A stretch of DNA of 57,285 nt. Source: Planctomycetota bacterium. Its GTDB lineage: Bacteria > Planctomycetota > SZUA-567 > H5-PLA8. The stretch covers positions 1 through 57,285 of the forward strand of contig JBBRPR010000055.1 in NCBI GenBank assembly GCA_038227875.1, written 5' to 3'. Shown here in pieces: positions 30,658 through 40,828 of this stretch. The position numbers and the translations under genes are program-made. Under the pieces are notes generated by a model, which had not been told where the DNA came from, did no database searches, and saw only the letters and a list, made by a program, of their open reading frames with translations. Each line of letters begins with the position of its first letter. Positions within the stretch are counted from its first letter, which is position 1.

Positions 30658-30690
30658 GTGGGCGCATTGTTACACAGATGTGGGAGGAAA

Positions 30691-31275
30691 TCATTTTCCA
30701 TTTTCGTTGCTAATCCAGCGTTTTACGTTGGGCGCGCGCCAGGTTGCAATGTTATCGAGCAGAACTTTCGTTTCGGCAGCGTAAAGAATCAATTTGCGAT
30801 GCTCGGCGTAGACGAATCCTTCGGTCACGGAATGATCGAAGAGCGTCACGAGCGGATCGAAGTAGCCGGCGACGTTCAAAAATGCGCAAGGTTTGCGGTG
30901 GATGCCGAGCTGCGACCACGTCAGTACTTCGAAAAATTCTTCGAATGTGCCGAAGCCACCGGGCAGCGCGATGAACGCGTCGGCGAGTTCGGCCATCAGC
31001 GCTTTGCGGTCGTGCATGGTTTCGACGACGCGCAGATCGGTCAGGCCGGCATGGGCGAGCTCCTTCGTCGCCAGTCCCCGCGGAATGACGCCGATGACCT
31101 CACCGCCCGCCGCCAGGCACGCGTCGGCGACCGTGCCCATCAGGCCCACGCCGCCGCCGCCGTAGACCAGTCCGATCTTCCGCTCCGCCAGCGCGCGCCC
31201 CATCTCGCGCGCGGCGGCCGCGTATTCGGGTTTGTTGCCGGAACTGGAGCCGCAGAAGACGCAGATGCGTTTCAT
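30691..31275 (-). CDS. LOG-family nucleotide monophosphate phosphoribohydrolase (TIGR00730-like)
   Basis: ICVFCGSS, LVYGGG..GLMG, MHDRK, PGGFGTFEE. Confidence 0.94.
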   Translation of the reverse strand: MKRICVFCGSSSGNKPEYAAAAREMGRALAERKIGLVYGGGGVGLMGTVADACLAAGGEVIGVIPRGLATKELAHAGLTDLRVVETMHDRKALMAELADAFIALPGGFGTFEEFFEVLTWSQLGIHRKPCAFLNVAGYFDPLVTLFDHSVTEGFVYAEHRKLILYAAETKVLLDNIATWRAPNVKRWISNENGK

Positions 31276-31288
31276 TGTTCGCTGCTTT

Positions 31289-31756
31289 CTAAATCGAGTC
31301 GCGGTGTTTCTTCGTCCACAACACGAGCAATTGTCCGGCAGCCATCAACATGAGCCAGATGAAAAAAGCGAATGTCATCTCCGACGAGAGCACCGCGCCG
31401 ACCGTGTACGCGAGTACGTCCCCGACGATCGCCGCCATCCCGAAGAGCACCATCGCCATCAGATGGCCGCGATTGTGACCGACGATGTAGTAACCCGCCG
31501 CGCCGCCGGCCGCGGAAATCAGGAGCGTGACAAAAATGCTGTGAATGAACAGTACGTGGAACGCGAAGAACAGAACGAAGCTCAACAGTCCGCCGCGTAG
31601 TGCGAGCCCCGTGGAATGCGCGGTGTTCTGGGCGAGCTTCTTCTGCTTGCGCTCACGCTCCAGCAGCGTCGCGAGCTTCACCGCCGGCGGCAGCCGTTCA
31701 AACGCCTCGTCGTCAAGGCGCGCGCGTTCCGTGGGATCGTCTGAATCGTCTGCCAT
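31289..31756 (-). CDS. Hypothetical 4-TM membrane protein
   Basis: Four hydrophobic segments; 13-nt gaps to both neighbours. Confidence 0.7.
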   Translation of the reverse strand: MADDSDDPTERARLDDEAFERLPPAVKLATLLERERKQKKLAQNTAHSTGLALRGGLLSFVLFFAFHVLFIHSIFVTLLISAAGGAAGYYIVGHNRGHLMAMVLFGMAAIVGDVLAYTVGAVLSSEMTFAFFIWLMLMAAGQLLVLWTKKHRDSI

Positions 31757-31769
31757 GACATAAGTTCCA

Positions 31770-32444
31770 TTATTTCCAGCGTTCAATAGGCCAGCCGCGC
31801 TGTGAGGCGATGCGATTCAACCGCGTATCGGGATTCACGGCCGACGGATGCCCGACAGCTTCCAACATGGCCAGATCGCCCTTGTACGAATCGCCGAACG
31901 CGAAGGAAGCGGCGAGATCGATGTTGTTGTCTTCCGCGTGTAGTCGCACCGCGTTCGCTTTGGTTTCGCCGCTCAGCGCCCCAGTGGAAAGCGCGCCGGT
32001 GAAGACACTGTTCATCTCAATCAAGCTCGGCGCAATGCAGGTCGCGCCGATCTCTTTCGCGAAGGGCATCATGACAAAGTCGAGGCCGCCGGTGACCAGC
32101 ACGATCTTGACGTTCTGATTTTTCAGCTCCTTCACGCGCTGCATCGCGCGCGGAAGAATGCGTGGCTTGAGCACTTCCTTGTAGCACTGCGCGGCGAGTT
32201 CGCGGACTTCGTCGGCGTCCATGCCCTGGTAGCTGCGGTAGATGGAGCGATTCGACGCGGCGCGGTTGATGCGGTCGAGGATGAACCAGTAAGGCCCGCG
32301 AATGGCGAGACTGGCCTTCCACAGATTCGCGAGGAACGGGCCATCGAGCTGCGTCTTGTACCAGATCAGCGGCTGAACGATGTTCGTGCGGGTGAGGGTG
32401 CCGTCGACATCGAAGTAGGCGGCGGTGCCAGGTGTCGAGGTCAT
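31770..32444 (-). CDS. HAD-superfamily subfamily IB hydrolase (ElbB-like)
   Basis: FDVDGTL motif I, LVTG motif II, K motif III, FGDS..DLAML...P.AVNPD. Confidence 0.92.
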   Translation of the reverse strand: MTSTPGTAAYFDVDGTLTRTNIVQPLIWYKTQLDGPFLANLWKASLAIRGPYWFILDRINRAASNRSIYRSYQGMDADEVRELAAQCYKEVLKPRILPRAMQRVKELKNQNVKIVLVTGGLDFVMMPFAKEIGATCIAPSLIEMNSVFTGALSTGALSGETKANAVRLHAEDNNIDLAASFAFGDSYKGDLAMLEAVGHPSAVNPDTRLNRIASQRGWPIERWK

Positions 32445-32457
32445 CCCATCGCTCCTG

Positions 32458-35400
32458 TCACTTCAGCGGCAGATTCGACAGCGCTTCCAGCTTCGCGCGG
32501 AGATGCGCGGCGGCCTTGCGGTACAGATCCGACGGCTGCGTCTTGCCCTTCTCGGCTTTCAGCACTTCGAACGAGACCGGCGCGCCGATGCGCACTTCGA
32601 TGCGCGTCGGCCGCGGCACGGACTTGCCCTTCGGCAGCGATTCGAACGTGCCGCGCAGGTACACGGGCAGCACGGGAACCTCGAGTTCAATGCCCAGCAC
32701 GCCGATACCCGGCTTGAACGCCTGCAGTTCGCCGGTCGTCGAGCGCGTGCCTTCCGGGAAAAGCAGAATGGCACGGCCGTTTTCGAGCACCGCCTTGCAC
32801 GCGTTGAGACTTTCCGTCACGTTCTCTTCGCGGTCGAACGGCAGCGCGTTGAGGAACGTCTGGAAGAACCAGCTCTTCAGGCGCGTGTTGAAGAAATAAT
32901 CCTTCGCGCCCATGACGTGGATTTCCGACGCGCGGCTGCCGAGGACTTCGCGGATCGCGACGGAGTCGAGATGGCTGCAGTGATTGGCCGTCAAAATGTA
33001 TGGCCCGGTCTGCGGCAGATTTTCCAGGCCGGTACAATCGATCGCCAGGTACGTGTTCATGAAGACCGAGGCCGAGGTACTGAACATCCCCTGCAGGATC
33101 GATTTGGAAATCGACTGCCGCATGCCGTCCTGAATACCGGTGAGCCGGTCCTGCGAGCGGTTGAAAATCGCCAGCGCGTTGCTGCCCTTCGGCGCGTCGC
33201 CGGATTTCTTCTGCGCGGCCTGCACGATCGTGATCACGTCGCGGACGCTGAAGAGCTGCGCTTCCGATTCCTGCGGGATGACGATGTCGAAGTAGAGCTC
33301 CAGCTTCTGGAGCAGGTCGACGCGGCCGATGGAGTCGATGCCCAGGTCCATCTGCAGCTTCATGTCGGGGACAATGTCCGCCGCCGCGACGCGCGGCGCG
33401 ACTTCCGCAATGGCGCGCGCGATGCCGCCGAAGATTCCCGCATCGGAGGTGCGGCTGTCGTCGGCCGAACCCGCCGGAATGTGCGTGGTCATCGACGCGG
33501 TCGCAAGCTCGCTGCCCTTCGCCTTCATGTACCGATCGCGGACTTTCGTGCGCTGCACTTTCAGCGTCGAGGTCTTGGGCAGATCGTCGGCTTGGAATTC
33601 GATGCGCGAAACACGCTGGTGGCTGGAGAGTTCCCGGCACGCGCTTTCCACGGCGGCTTTGAGCTTATCGTGCGAGGCCTTCTCTTCTGGCACGATCACG
33701 GCGGTGACTTCCTCGCCCATCCCCGACCGCGCGGGCATGCCGATGACGCAGATTTGCTTGATGCCCGCGATCCCCTGCAGCGCGGTTTCGACTTCGTCGG
33801 GATACACATTCTTTCCCGCGGCGGTGACGATCACGTCCTTCAAGCGCCCGGTGATGTGCAGGTAGCCGTCGCGGTCAATGCGGCCCAGGTCGCCGGTCTT
33901 GAACCAGCCGGCGTCAAACGCGCGCTCCGTCGCAGCGGGATTGCGCCAATAGCCCTGCATGATCGACGGCCCGCGGCCGAGCACTTCGCCGATGCCTTCG
34001 GAATTCGGCGCATCGATGCGAATTTCCACGCCGGGAACCGGCGGTCCGACGGTGCCCGCACGCGGCGAGGCCAGCGGATTGACGGCGAGAATCGGTGACG
34101 TTTCGGTCAGTCCGTAACCTTCGGTGATGGTGATGCCGAAGTTTTTGAAGAAGTGGAAAATCTCCGGATCGAGCGCCGCGCCGCCGGAGACGATCAGCCG
34201 CAGTCGTCCGCCGAACGCTTCGTGAATCTGGTTGAAGATGCGTCGCCGGGCCGTGGTGCTTCCGGCCAGTTCCCACGTTGCGGCCATGGTGTGCCCGATG
34301 CTCGCCTTCAAACGCGCGCCGGTGCCGCCGGCCTTCATCCGTTCGCGGATGCGATCCATGAACGATTGCAGCAGCCGCGGCACGCCGATCAGCACGGTGA
34401 TCTCGGCCAGCTTCATCGTCTCCGCAATGTCCTTGTGGCTTTCGATGTGGTAGATCGTCGCGCCGCCGTACATCGGAATCGTAAATCCGCCGGTGAATTC
34501 CAGCGCATGGTGGAGCGGCAGCACCGAGAGAAATCGGTCGGTCTCCATCGGTTCAAGAATCTCGGTCGTCGCCAGCGCGTTGGCGATCAGGTTGGCGTGG
34601 CTGAGCATCACGCCCTTGGGTTCGTAGGTCGTGCCGCTGGTGAAGAGCAGCGAGGCGAGCATCTCCGGCGCCGGTTCGCGCAGCGGGCGGTCGCCGAGCG
34701 ACGCTTCCGGATAGGGCACGTGATGCCCCGGGTGCGGCTGGAAATCTTCGAGCGGATTGAGGCACGGCGGCATGCCGCTGCCGGAGCTGAAGATGTCCGG
34801 CGCCGAGGCCATGATCGTCGGCGAAATGATCGCCGCGCGCGATTCCACGAGTTTGATCAGCTTCGCGGCGTCGCGGGGAAGCATCAGGCGGTCGAGCGGC
34901 ACGGCGGAACAGCACGCGAGCTGGATCGCCATGTAGCCGAGCACCCATTCGGGCCCGTTTTCGGCCATCAACGCGACGCGGTCGCCGTGATGCAACCCGA
35001 GCTGCGCCGTCAGCCGGCGCGCCAGCGCGGACGCGCGCTGGTAACATTCGACGTACGAAAGTTTCGTGACATTCCAGCCGCCTTTGGGATCGGCGCGGCG
35101 AATTTCGGCCAGCGATTTCTTGCCATAGCGTTCGGCGCCGCGGACACACAGATCAACCAGCGTCTGCGGCACGCCGCGGATCGTCGCCGACCCGCCGCGC
35201 TTCTTCGCGGCTTCGCCTTCTTCGTCGAGCAGATGACCTTCACCGGCGCCGGCGCGCGGCGGGGCTTCCATGCGCAGGATGTTGCGCTTCAGACCGGGGA
35301 TGTGGACGTCCTGCAGGTAATTCTTCCAGCGGATCTTGCGCGCGTCGAAGTCGAAGCGTTCGCGTTCATCGGGCGAAAGCTGCTCCATCAGTTCGCGGCC

Positions 35401-36834
35401 GTGCGCGGTTTCGAAACGGCACTGCAGATTCACGTACGGTCCGTAGATGTCGACGTAGTAGAGCAGTTGTTCCAGCGTGGTGTTGAGGTTGCGGAGCCGC
35501 GCGCGCATTTTGCGCGTGCCTGGCAGCATCGGCATGGGCGAATTCAGCAGCAGATTGGCGGCGCGAATCGGGCGCAGGTAACGGTTCCGCATGCGGCTGC
35601 GGTACTGATCGATCGTCGGAAAGCGCCAGCGCGGCACCGCGACCGGTTTGCCGGCGCGGTCGGTCATCGGGTGCTTCTGGAAATAATCGCGGACGTAATC
35701 GTAGAGACTGCGGAAGACCAGCGGGTTCTCTGACGAGCTGGCCACCGTGAAAAGATCGAAGCCGCCCTTTTTGGCGATGTACGCCGCGCCGGTGAGGATG
35801 CCGTTGACCACCAGGTCGGCGGGAATGATGTCGAGCACGACGTTCTGATTCGCCGGAAAATCCGCGAGGCGTCCTTTGCCAAATCCGATGATGATCGGGT
35901 CGGCCATGCGCAGACCGTCGAGCCACCCCGGCTCCGGTTCGCTCAGGCTGGATTCGATGATCGACGGCCGCACCACGATCGTCGGAATCGCGCCGTGGTT
36001 GAGCTTGATCAGCTGCTCGCCGAGGTATTTCGTGTAGGTGTACGTGTCGTTCCAGCCCAGGCTCTGCGCGCGGCGCATGCCCGCGCTGACCAGCGCGGTG
36101 CGCAGTTGCGCGATGCCCGCTTCGCTGTCGAGCGCGATGTTGTTGAGCTTCAACTGGCGTTCGCAATCGGCACGGACGGATTTGGCCAGTTCGCCCAGGC
36201 GCGCGATTTCGTCTTTCACGTCGAATTTCTTCGGGCGCTCCACGCCGGCCGGCAACTGCGCGTCGATCTGTTCGAGCGGAGCGATGAGGCGTTCGGGCAC
36301 CAGCCCCGTGCGCTTGCCGCTGACATACGCCGTGGAAATGTGGACGTACACGCCCTTGGCTTTGCGCGCCAACTCCAGCAACCGCTGCGGCCCGAGCGTG
36401 TTCAGATCCAGTGCCAGGTCGAGGCGTTCGTCGAAAACCACCGTTGCCGCGCTGTTCATCACGACTTGGACGTTCTTGGCGAGGTCATCGAATGCCGCCT
36501 GGTCCATGCCCAGCCGTTCGCGGGTGAGGTCGCCGGGGACGCAGGTGATCTTCGATTCGCAGAAGGCTTCGAAGCCGTCGCCCAGTTGCTCACGCAGGCG
36601 GCGGAAGGCGGTGTTGCGCAGAATTTCTTCACGCAACCGTTCACGCGGATCGACGCGCGAGCCGTCAGCTTTCACGCGCGGGCGGATCAGCAGGTAAATC
36701 TGGCGGATCTCAGGTAGGTCGCGGAGAATCTTCTCGACCACGGCCTTGGCCAGAAAGCCGGTCGACCCCGTCAGGAGCACACCTTTACCGGCAAAAAATT
36801 CACGAATGGAAAATGGCGCTTCGGTCTTGGACAT
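32458..36834 (-). CDS. elbD: Multidomain fatty acyl-CoA reductase - adenylation - acyl carrier - acyltransferase (ElbD-type ether-lipid enzyme)
   Basis: FAR: TGSTGFLAK, YTYTK, RPSII; A domain: FTSGTT..PKGV, GYGLTE, FKTGDLG; ACP: LGIDSI; PlsC-type AT: NHCSHLD, FPEGTRS. Confidence 0.85.
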   Translation of the reverse strand: MSKTEAPFSIREFFAGKGVLLTGSTGFLAKAVVEKILRDLPEIRQIYLLIRPRVKADGSRVDPRERLREEILRNTAFRRLREQLGDGFEAFCESKITCVPGDLTRERLGMDQAAFDDLAKNVQVVMNSAATVVFDERLDLALDLNTLGPQRLLELARKAKGVYVHISTAYVSGKRTGLVPERLIAPLEQIDAQLPAGVERPKKFDVKDEIARLGELAKSVRADCERQLKLNNIALDSEAGIAQLRTALVSAGMRRAQSLGWNDTYTYTKYLGEQLIKLNHGAIPTIVVRPSIIESSLSEPEPGWLDGLRMADPIIIGFGKGRLADFPANQNVVLDIIPADLVVNGILTGAAYIAKKGGFDLFTVASSSENPLVFRSLYDYVRDYFQKHPMTDRAGKPVAVPRWRFPTIDQYRSRMRNRYLRPIRAANLLLNSPMPMLPGTRKMRARLRNLNTTLEQLLYYVDIYGPYVNLQCRFETAHGRELMEQLSPDERERFDFDARKIRWKNYLQDVHIPGLKRNILRMEAPPRAGAGEGHLLDEEGEAAKKRGGSATIRGVPQTLVDLCVRGAERYGKKSLAEIRRADPKGGWNVTKLSYVECYQRASALARRLTAQLGLHHGDRVALMAENGPEWVLGYMAIQLACCSAVPLDRLMLPRDAAKLIKLVESRAAIISPTIMASAPDIFSSGSGMPPCLNPLEDFQPHPGHHVPYPEASLGDRPLREPAPEMLASLLFTSGTTYEPKGVMLSHANLIANALATTEILEPMETDRFLSVLPLHHALEFTGGFTIPMYGGATIYHIESHKDIAETMKLAEITVLIGVPRLLQSFMDRIRERMKAGGTGARLKASIGHTMAATWELAGSTTARRRIFNQIHEAFGGRLRLIVSGGAALDPEIFHFFKNFGITITEGYGLTETSPILAVNPLASPRAGTVGPPVPGVEIRIDAPNSEGIGEVLGRGPSIMQGYWRNPAATERAFDAGWFKTGDLGRIDRDGYLHITGRLKDVIVTAAGKNVYPDEVETALQGIAGIKQICVIGMPARSGMGEEVTAVIVPEEKASHDKLKAAVESACRELSSHQRVSRIEFQADDLPKTSTLKVQRTKVRDRYMKAKGSELATASMTTHIPAGSADDSRTSDAGIFGGIARAIAEVAPRVAAADIVPDMKLQMDLGIDSIGRVDLLQKLELYFDIVIPQESEAQLFSVRDVITIVQAAQKKSGDAPKGSNALAIFNRSQDRLTGIQDGMRQSISKSILQGMFSTSASVFMNTYLAIDCTGLENLPQTGPYILTANHCSHLDSVAIREVLGSRASEIHVMGAKDYFFNTRLKSWFFQTFLNALPFDREENVTESLNACKAVLENGRAILLFPEGTRSTTGELQAFKPGIGVLGIELEVPVLPVYLRGTFESLPKGKSVPRPTRIEVRIGAPVSFEVLKAEKGKTQPSDLYRKAAAHLRAKLEALSNLPLK

Positions 36835-36893
36835 GGGCGATGAATTTAAACAGCTGCTCCAGATTTACAATCGAGTATCGCGATCCTCTTGCG

Positions 36894-39074
36894 TCACTGC
36901 CGCCGGGTATCGTTATCGTCGGGCGGCTCGATCAGCAAGTCGTCCGTGGGGTTTGACGCGTCGGCCGTGGCCGGCAGCGCGTCGCGCAGTTCGGCTTCCT
37001 CGTTGAAGACCACCGGCGGCTCGGGTTCCAGGGGCGGCAGCGGCGCAGGTCCGAAGACGCTCGATCCGGTCGATTCCATCTGGCCGGCGACCTGGGCGGC
37101 GTGCAGCTTGCGATGGTACGCGGCGATCAGGTCGCGGCGGCTGAGCATCCCAATCACGCGCCGCGTTCCGATGGGGCCCTTGGGCGGGCGCAAGGTCGCA
37201 GAGACGCGCGTCACCGATGCGCTGGACTTGGGATCGATCGCTTCAACGATCGGCAGTTCGTCCAGATTTTTCTGCGTGAAGATGCGCAGCGCTTCATCGA
37301 GGTTCGTATCCGGCGTCACCGTCGGCACATCGGTCGTGCCCAGATCGCCGGCGACGATCAGGCTCGCCGCCATCTGTTCGTTCATGATCTGGCGGATGTC
37401 GCCGAGCGAAAATACGCCGGCGAGGCACTGCCGTTCGTCGACGACGGGAAAGACCGAGGCGGTGCTGCCCTTGATGCGCTGCAACACTTTCGGAAAAGGC
37501 ATGTCGGCGGGAATCAGTTCGAGAGGCGTCGAATTTTCGGCGAGCACTTCGCTGACCTTGATGTCCTCAAGCACGTTGACGAGAAAATCGCCGCGGTGCG
37601 CCGGCGAATCGGCGATGCCGTGCACCTGCTCCGCGTTCATGGTGAAGGATGTGCTGAGCAGATACGCCGACGCGCAGGTCATCATCAGCGGCACGGCCAG
37701 GCCGTACGAGCCGGTAATTTCGCTGATCATCACCAGGCTGGCGATCGGCGTTTTGGTGCAGGCCGCGAAGACGCCGCCCATGCCGACAAGAATCATCCCC
37801 ACGCGCGCGTTGGGTTGCATCACCAGGAACGAAGGCACCAGTCCCGTGGCGTTCAGGGCGCGAATGAACTTCGCGTAGGCGGCGCCCGCGATTCCGCCCA
37901 CGAAGATCGACGGAAAGAGCAGTCCGCCGGAGCCGCCGGAACCGAGCGTGAATCCCGTGGAAATGATTTTCGCGATCACGACCATCGCGAGAAATCCGGC
38001 CAGCTTCATCGCCACCCACATATCCGTCTGCGTGCTGTCCTGCGCACTGTTGATCACCGACTGCAGGTACATGTAGCCGCCGCCCATAATGTGCTGGGGG
38101 CGCGAACCGCCGAGCTCCTGATTCTCCGGCGTGACGACGTGACTGACGCCCCACGTCAGCAGCAGCGCGAACAGGCCGAGCATGATGCCGCCGACGGCAG
38201 GCTTGAGAAATTTCGGGATGGGCATCGGGCGGAAGACATAATGTTCGATCAGCGTGATGCCCTTCACAAAAATGAAGGCCACCGCCGCGCAGATCAGACT
38301 CAAGATGGCGTAGTGAAACAATTCGCCAAACGCGCTCGCGCCTTCGGACGGAAATGTAATCGGCGGAAGCGGCGTATTATTGGGCTGGATGAATTTGAAT
38401 ATCAGATCGTGATTGCCGTCGAGCGCGGTGAAAACGGAATACGCGGTAACGGAACTGATGACGCCGGGGATGACGGCGTCGTGTTCGAAGTCCGGATCGC
38501 GGTAGAGAAATTCAGCGGCAAAAAGCGCGCCGCCCAAGGGTGCTTTGAAGATCGCGCCAATTGCGCCGGCGACGCCCGCGAGCATCAGGATGCGGCGGTC
38601 GCGGATCGATAGTTTGAGCCAGGTCCCGAGCGTCGAACCAAATCCCGCGCCAATTTGGACAATCGGACCTTCCTTGCCCGCTGAGCCGCCGGATCCAATC
38701 GTCAGGATCGAAAGCATCCCTTTCACGAGCGGAACGCGCGCGCGAATTTCTCCCTTATTACGATGAAACGCGCGGATCACCGCGTCCGTGCCGTGGCCGA
38801 CGGCCTCGGGCGCCAACCACAAGCCGAGGATGCCGACGAGCAGGCCGCCGGCGGCCGGGATCGCCATCAGCAACCAGTGGTTCTGGGCCGCGTCATGACT
38901 GAAAAGGTGTTTTTCGAGAACCTGCTCGGTCAGGAAGCGCAGCACCGTGTCGAAACCAAATGCGCCCACGCCCGACACGACGCCGACGAGCACGCAGAGC
39001 AACAACAACCGGAACCACGATTCCAGGTGGAAGAAGCGTGCTGCATTCTCAATTGTGCGAGGGACCCGGCGCAT
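36894..39074 (-). CDS. ClC chloride channel/antiporter with tandem CBS domains
   Basis: GHGTD, GSAGKEGP, GGSGGLLFP, FPVVD and LPIVE CBS motifs. Confidence 0.92.
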   Translation of the reverse strand: MRRVPRTIENAARFFHLESWFRLLLLCVLVGVVSGVGAFGFDTVLRFLTEQVLEKHLFSHDAAQNHWLLMAIPAAGGLLVGILGLWLAPEAVGHGTDAVIRAFHRNKGEIRARVPLVKGMLSILTIGSGGSAGKEGPIVQIGAGFGSTLGTWLKLSIRDRRILMLAGVAGAIGAIFKAPLGGALFAAEFLYRDPDFEHDAVIPGVISSVTAYSVFTALDGNHDLIFKFIQPNNTPLPPITFPSEGASAFGELFHYAILSLICAAVAFIFVKGITLIEHYVFRPMPIPKFLKPAVGGIMLGLFALLLTWGVSHVVTPENQELGGSRPQHIMGGGYMYLQSVINSAQDSTQTDMWVAMKLAGFLAMVVIAKIISTGFTLGSGGSGGLLFPSIFVGGIAGAAYAKFIRALNATGLVPSFLVMQPNARVGMILVGMGGVFAACTKTPIASLVMISEITGSYGLAVPLMMTCASAYLLSTSFTMNAEQVHGIADSPAHRGDFLVNVLEDIKVSEVLAENSTPLELIPADMPFPKVLQRIKGSTASVFPVVDERQCLAGVFSLGDIRQIMNEQMAASLIVAGDLGTTDVPTVTPDTNLDEALRIFTQKNLDELPIVEAIDPKSSASVTRVSATLRPPKGPIGTRRVIGMLSRRDLIAAYHRKLHAAQVAGQMESTGSSVFGPAPLPPLEPEPPVVFNEEAELRDALPATADASNPTDDLLIEPPDDNDTRRQ

Positions 39075-39155
39075 GGCCTTTCACTATAGTCTGCACAGGT
39101 GTCGAATTCGATGGAAACTCTCCGGTCAGTTATATTCTCTTGCATCTGATCAGAA

Positions 39156-40586
39156 CTATGGCTTGACCACGAGCAACTTCGGCTCACAAAATTCGCGGAT
39201 TGTCGCGCGCACGCCTTCGCGGCCGAAGCCGGAATCCTTGACGCCGCCGTACGGCGCCGCGTCGATGCGGAAGGACGTCGGAATATTGATCAGCACCGCC
39301 CCGCATTCGAGTTCGCGGTAAGCCAGCTCGGCGTTGTGGAGCGAATTGGTGAAGACGCTAGCCTGCAGGCCGTAACGCGAGGCGTTCACTTTAGCGATCG
39401 CGTCGCGCATATCGCTGGCGCCTTGAACTGCAGCAATGGGACCAAAGACTTCTTCGCTCCAGAGCGGCTCGTCGGCCGGGACGTTCTCCCATAAAGAGGG
39501 AGTGATAAAGCGCTCGTTAACGCGCTTGCCGCTGACAATCATCCCCGCGCCGCGGGCCTGTGCGGCCTTCGACCACGTTTCGATGCGGTCGGCGGCGGCG
39601 CGGTCGATCAGCGGGCCGACGAGCGCTTTCTCGTCGCCAGGATTTTCCGAGACGCCGACGTCCGCCGTGATCCGTTCGGCGAGGCGTTCGGAGAAAACTT
39701 TGATTTTGCTCTGATGTACGAGGACGCGTTGCGTCGAGATGCAGACCTGCCCCGCGTACGCGTAGGCGCCGACGCTGATGGCGCGCGCAGCGAGCTCGAG
39801 ATCGGCCGACTCGTCGACGATTACCGCGGCGTTGCCGCCCAATTCAAGAAATACTTTCTGGCGCGGCAGCGCGTTGCGCTTGATCGCCCAGCCGGCCTTC
39901 GCCGAGCCGGTGAACGAGACGATCGCGAACGCCTCGTCGGTGCAGAGCGCCTGGCCGACGGTTAGTCCGCCGGGCAGCACTTGCAGCGCGGCCGGGGGAA
40001 ATCCGCTCAGCAGTGCGATCTCGCCCAGAATCAGCGCGGCGCTGGGGCCCTGCGGCGGCGGCTTGATGACAATCGGACATCCCGCCGCCAGCGCCGGCGC
40101 GACTTTGTGTGCGACGAGGTTGATCGGAAAATTAAACGGCGTGATCCCAAGGATCGGCCCGGCCGGGAAGCTCTGTACCCGTCCGACCATGCCCGCGCCG
40201 TGCGCTTCCTGATCGGGGTAGACGCAGTCGCCCGGCAGCCGCAGCGTCTCTTCTGCGCCAAGCAGGAACGTCTTCGCCGCGCGCTGCACTTCGCCGCGCG
40301 CCAGCGCCATGGGCTTGCCGACTTCATCGCGAATCAACGCCGCGATCTCTTCGCCGCGCTGGAGAATACCCGCCGAGATTTTGCGAAGCCCGTCCGAGCG
40401 CTGCGCCCCGGTCATCGCGCGCATCGCCGGCATCGCCTTGAGCGCTGCGGCTGCAGCTGCGTGAGCCTGCTCGGTGCTCGCTTCGTAAACTTCAGTTACT
40501 CGCGAACCGTTCCACGGAGAAGCGATCGTCGCGACCGTGGGTCCGGCGACCCAGTTGCCATCGAGGAGGATGCGGCGGGTTGACAT
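39156..40586 (-). CDS. Aldehyde dehydrogenase
   Basis: ITPFNFP, FTGS, LELGGN, GQVCIS, EEVFGP, YGGVKDSGFGREG. Confidence 0.95.
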   Translation of the reverse strand: MSTRRILLDGNWVAGPTVATIASPWNGSRVTEVYEASTEQAHAAAAAALKAMPAMRAMTGAQRSDGLRKISAGILQRGEEIAALIRDEVGKPMALARGEVQRAAKTFLLGAEETLRLPGDCVYPDQEAHGAGMVGRVQSFPAGPILGITPFNFPINLVAHKVAPALAAGCPIVIKPPPQGPSAALILGEIALLSGFPPAALQVLPGGLTVGQALCTDEAFAIVSFTGSAKAGWAIKRNALPRQKVFLELGGNAAVIVDESADLELAARAISVGAYAYAGQVCISTQRVLVHQSKIKVFSERLAERITADVGVSENPGDEKALVGPLIDRAAADRIETWSKAAQARGAGMIVSGKRVNERFITPSLWENVPADEPLWSEEVFGPIAAVQGASDMRDAIAKVNASRYGLQASVFTNSLHNAELAYRELECGAVLINIPTSFRIDAAPYGGVKDSGFGREGVRATIREFCEPKLLVVKP

Positions 40587-40625
40587 GTTATATCTTCCTT
40601 GCTTGGCGAAGATGGATGGGTTGTT

Positions 40626-40823
40626 AACGGATGGGATCGGGGATCGGGCATCAGGCATCGGTTAAGGGGTGTACTCTGTTGTAGAATCCCATTCCGGTGC
40701 GAGTTGAGAGTGGTCAACTCCGATCATTCGCAATACGCGCAATCAACTCGCACGGCGCGCACGTTCGTCAATCAACGGCCCCATTAACCGATCCCAGATG
40801 CCCGATCCCCGATCCCATCCGTT
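40626..40823. repeat. Inverted-repeat element with heptamer (GG[G/C]ATC[G/A]) arms
   Basis: AACGGATGGGATCGGGGATCGGGCATCAGGCATCGGTTAA vs TTAACCGATCCCAGATGCCCGATCCCCGATCCCATCCGTT; inner stem GTGCGAGTTGA/TCAACTCGCAC. Confidence 0.85.
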
Positions 40824-40828
40824 CGTCC

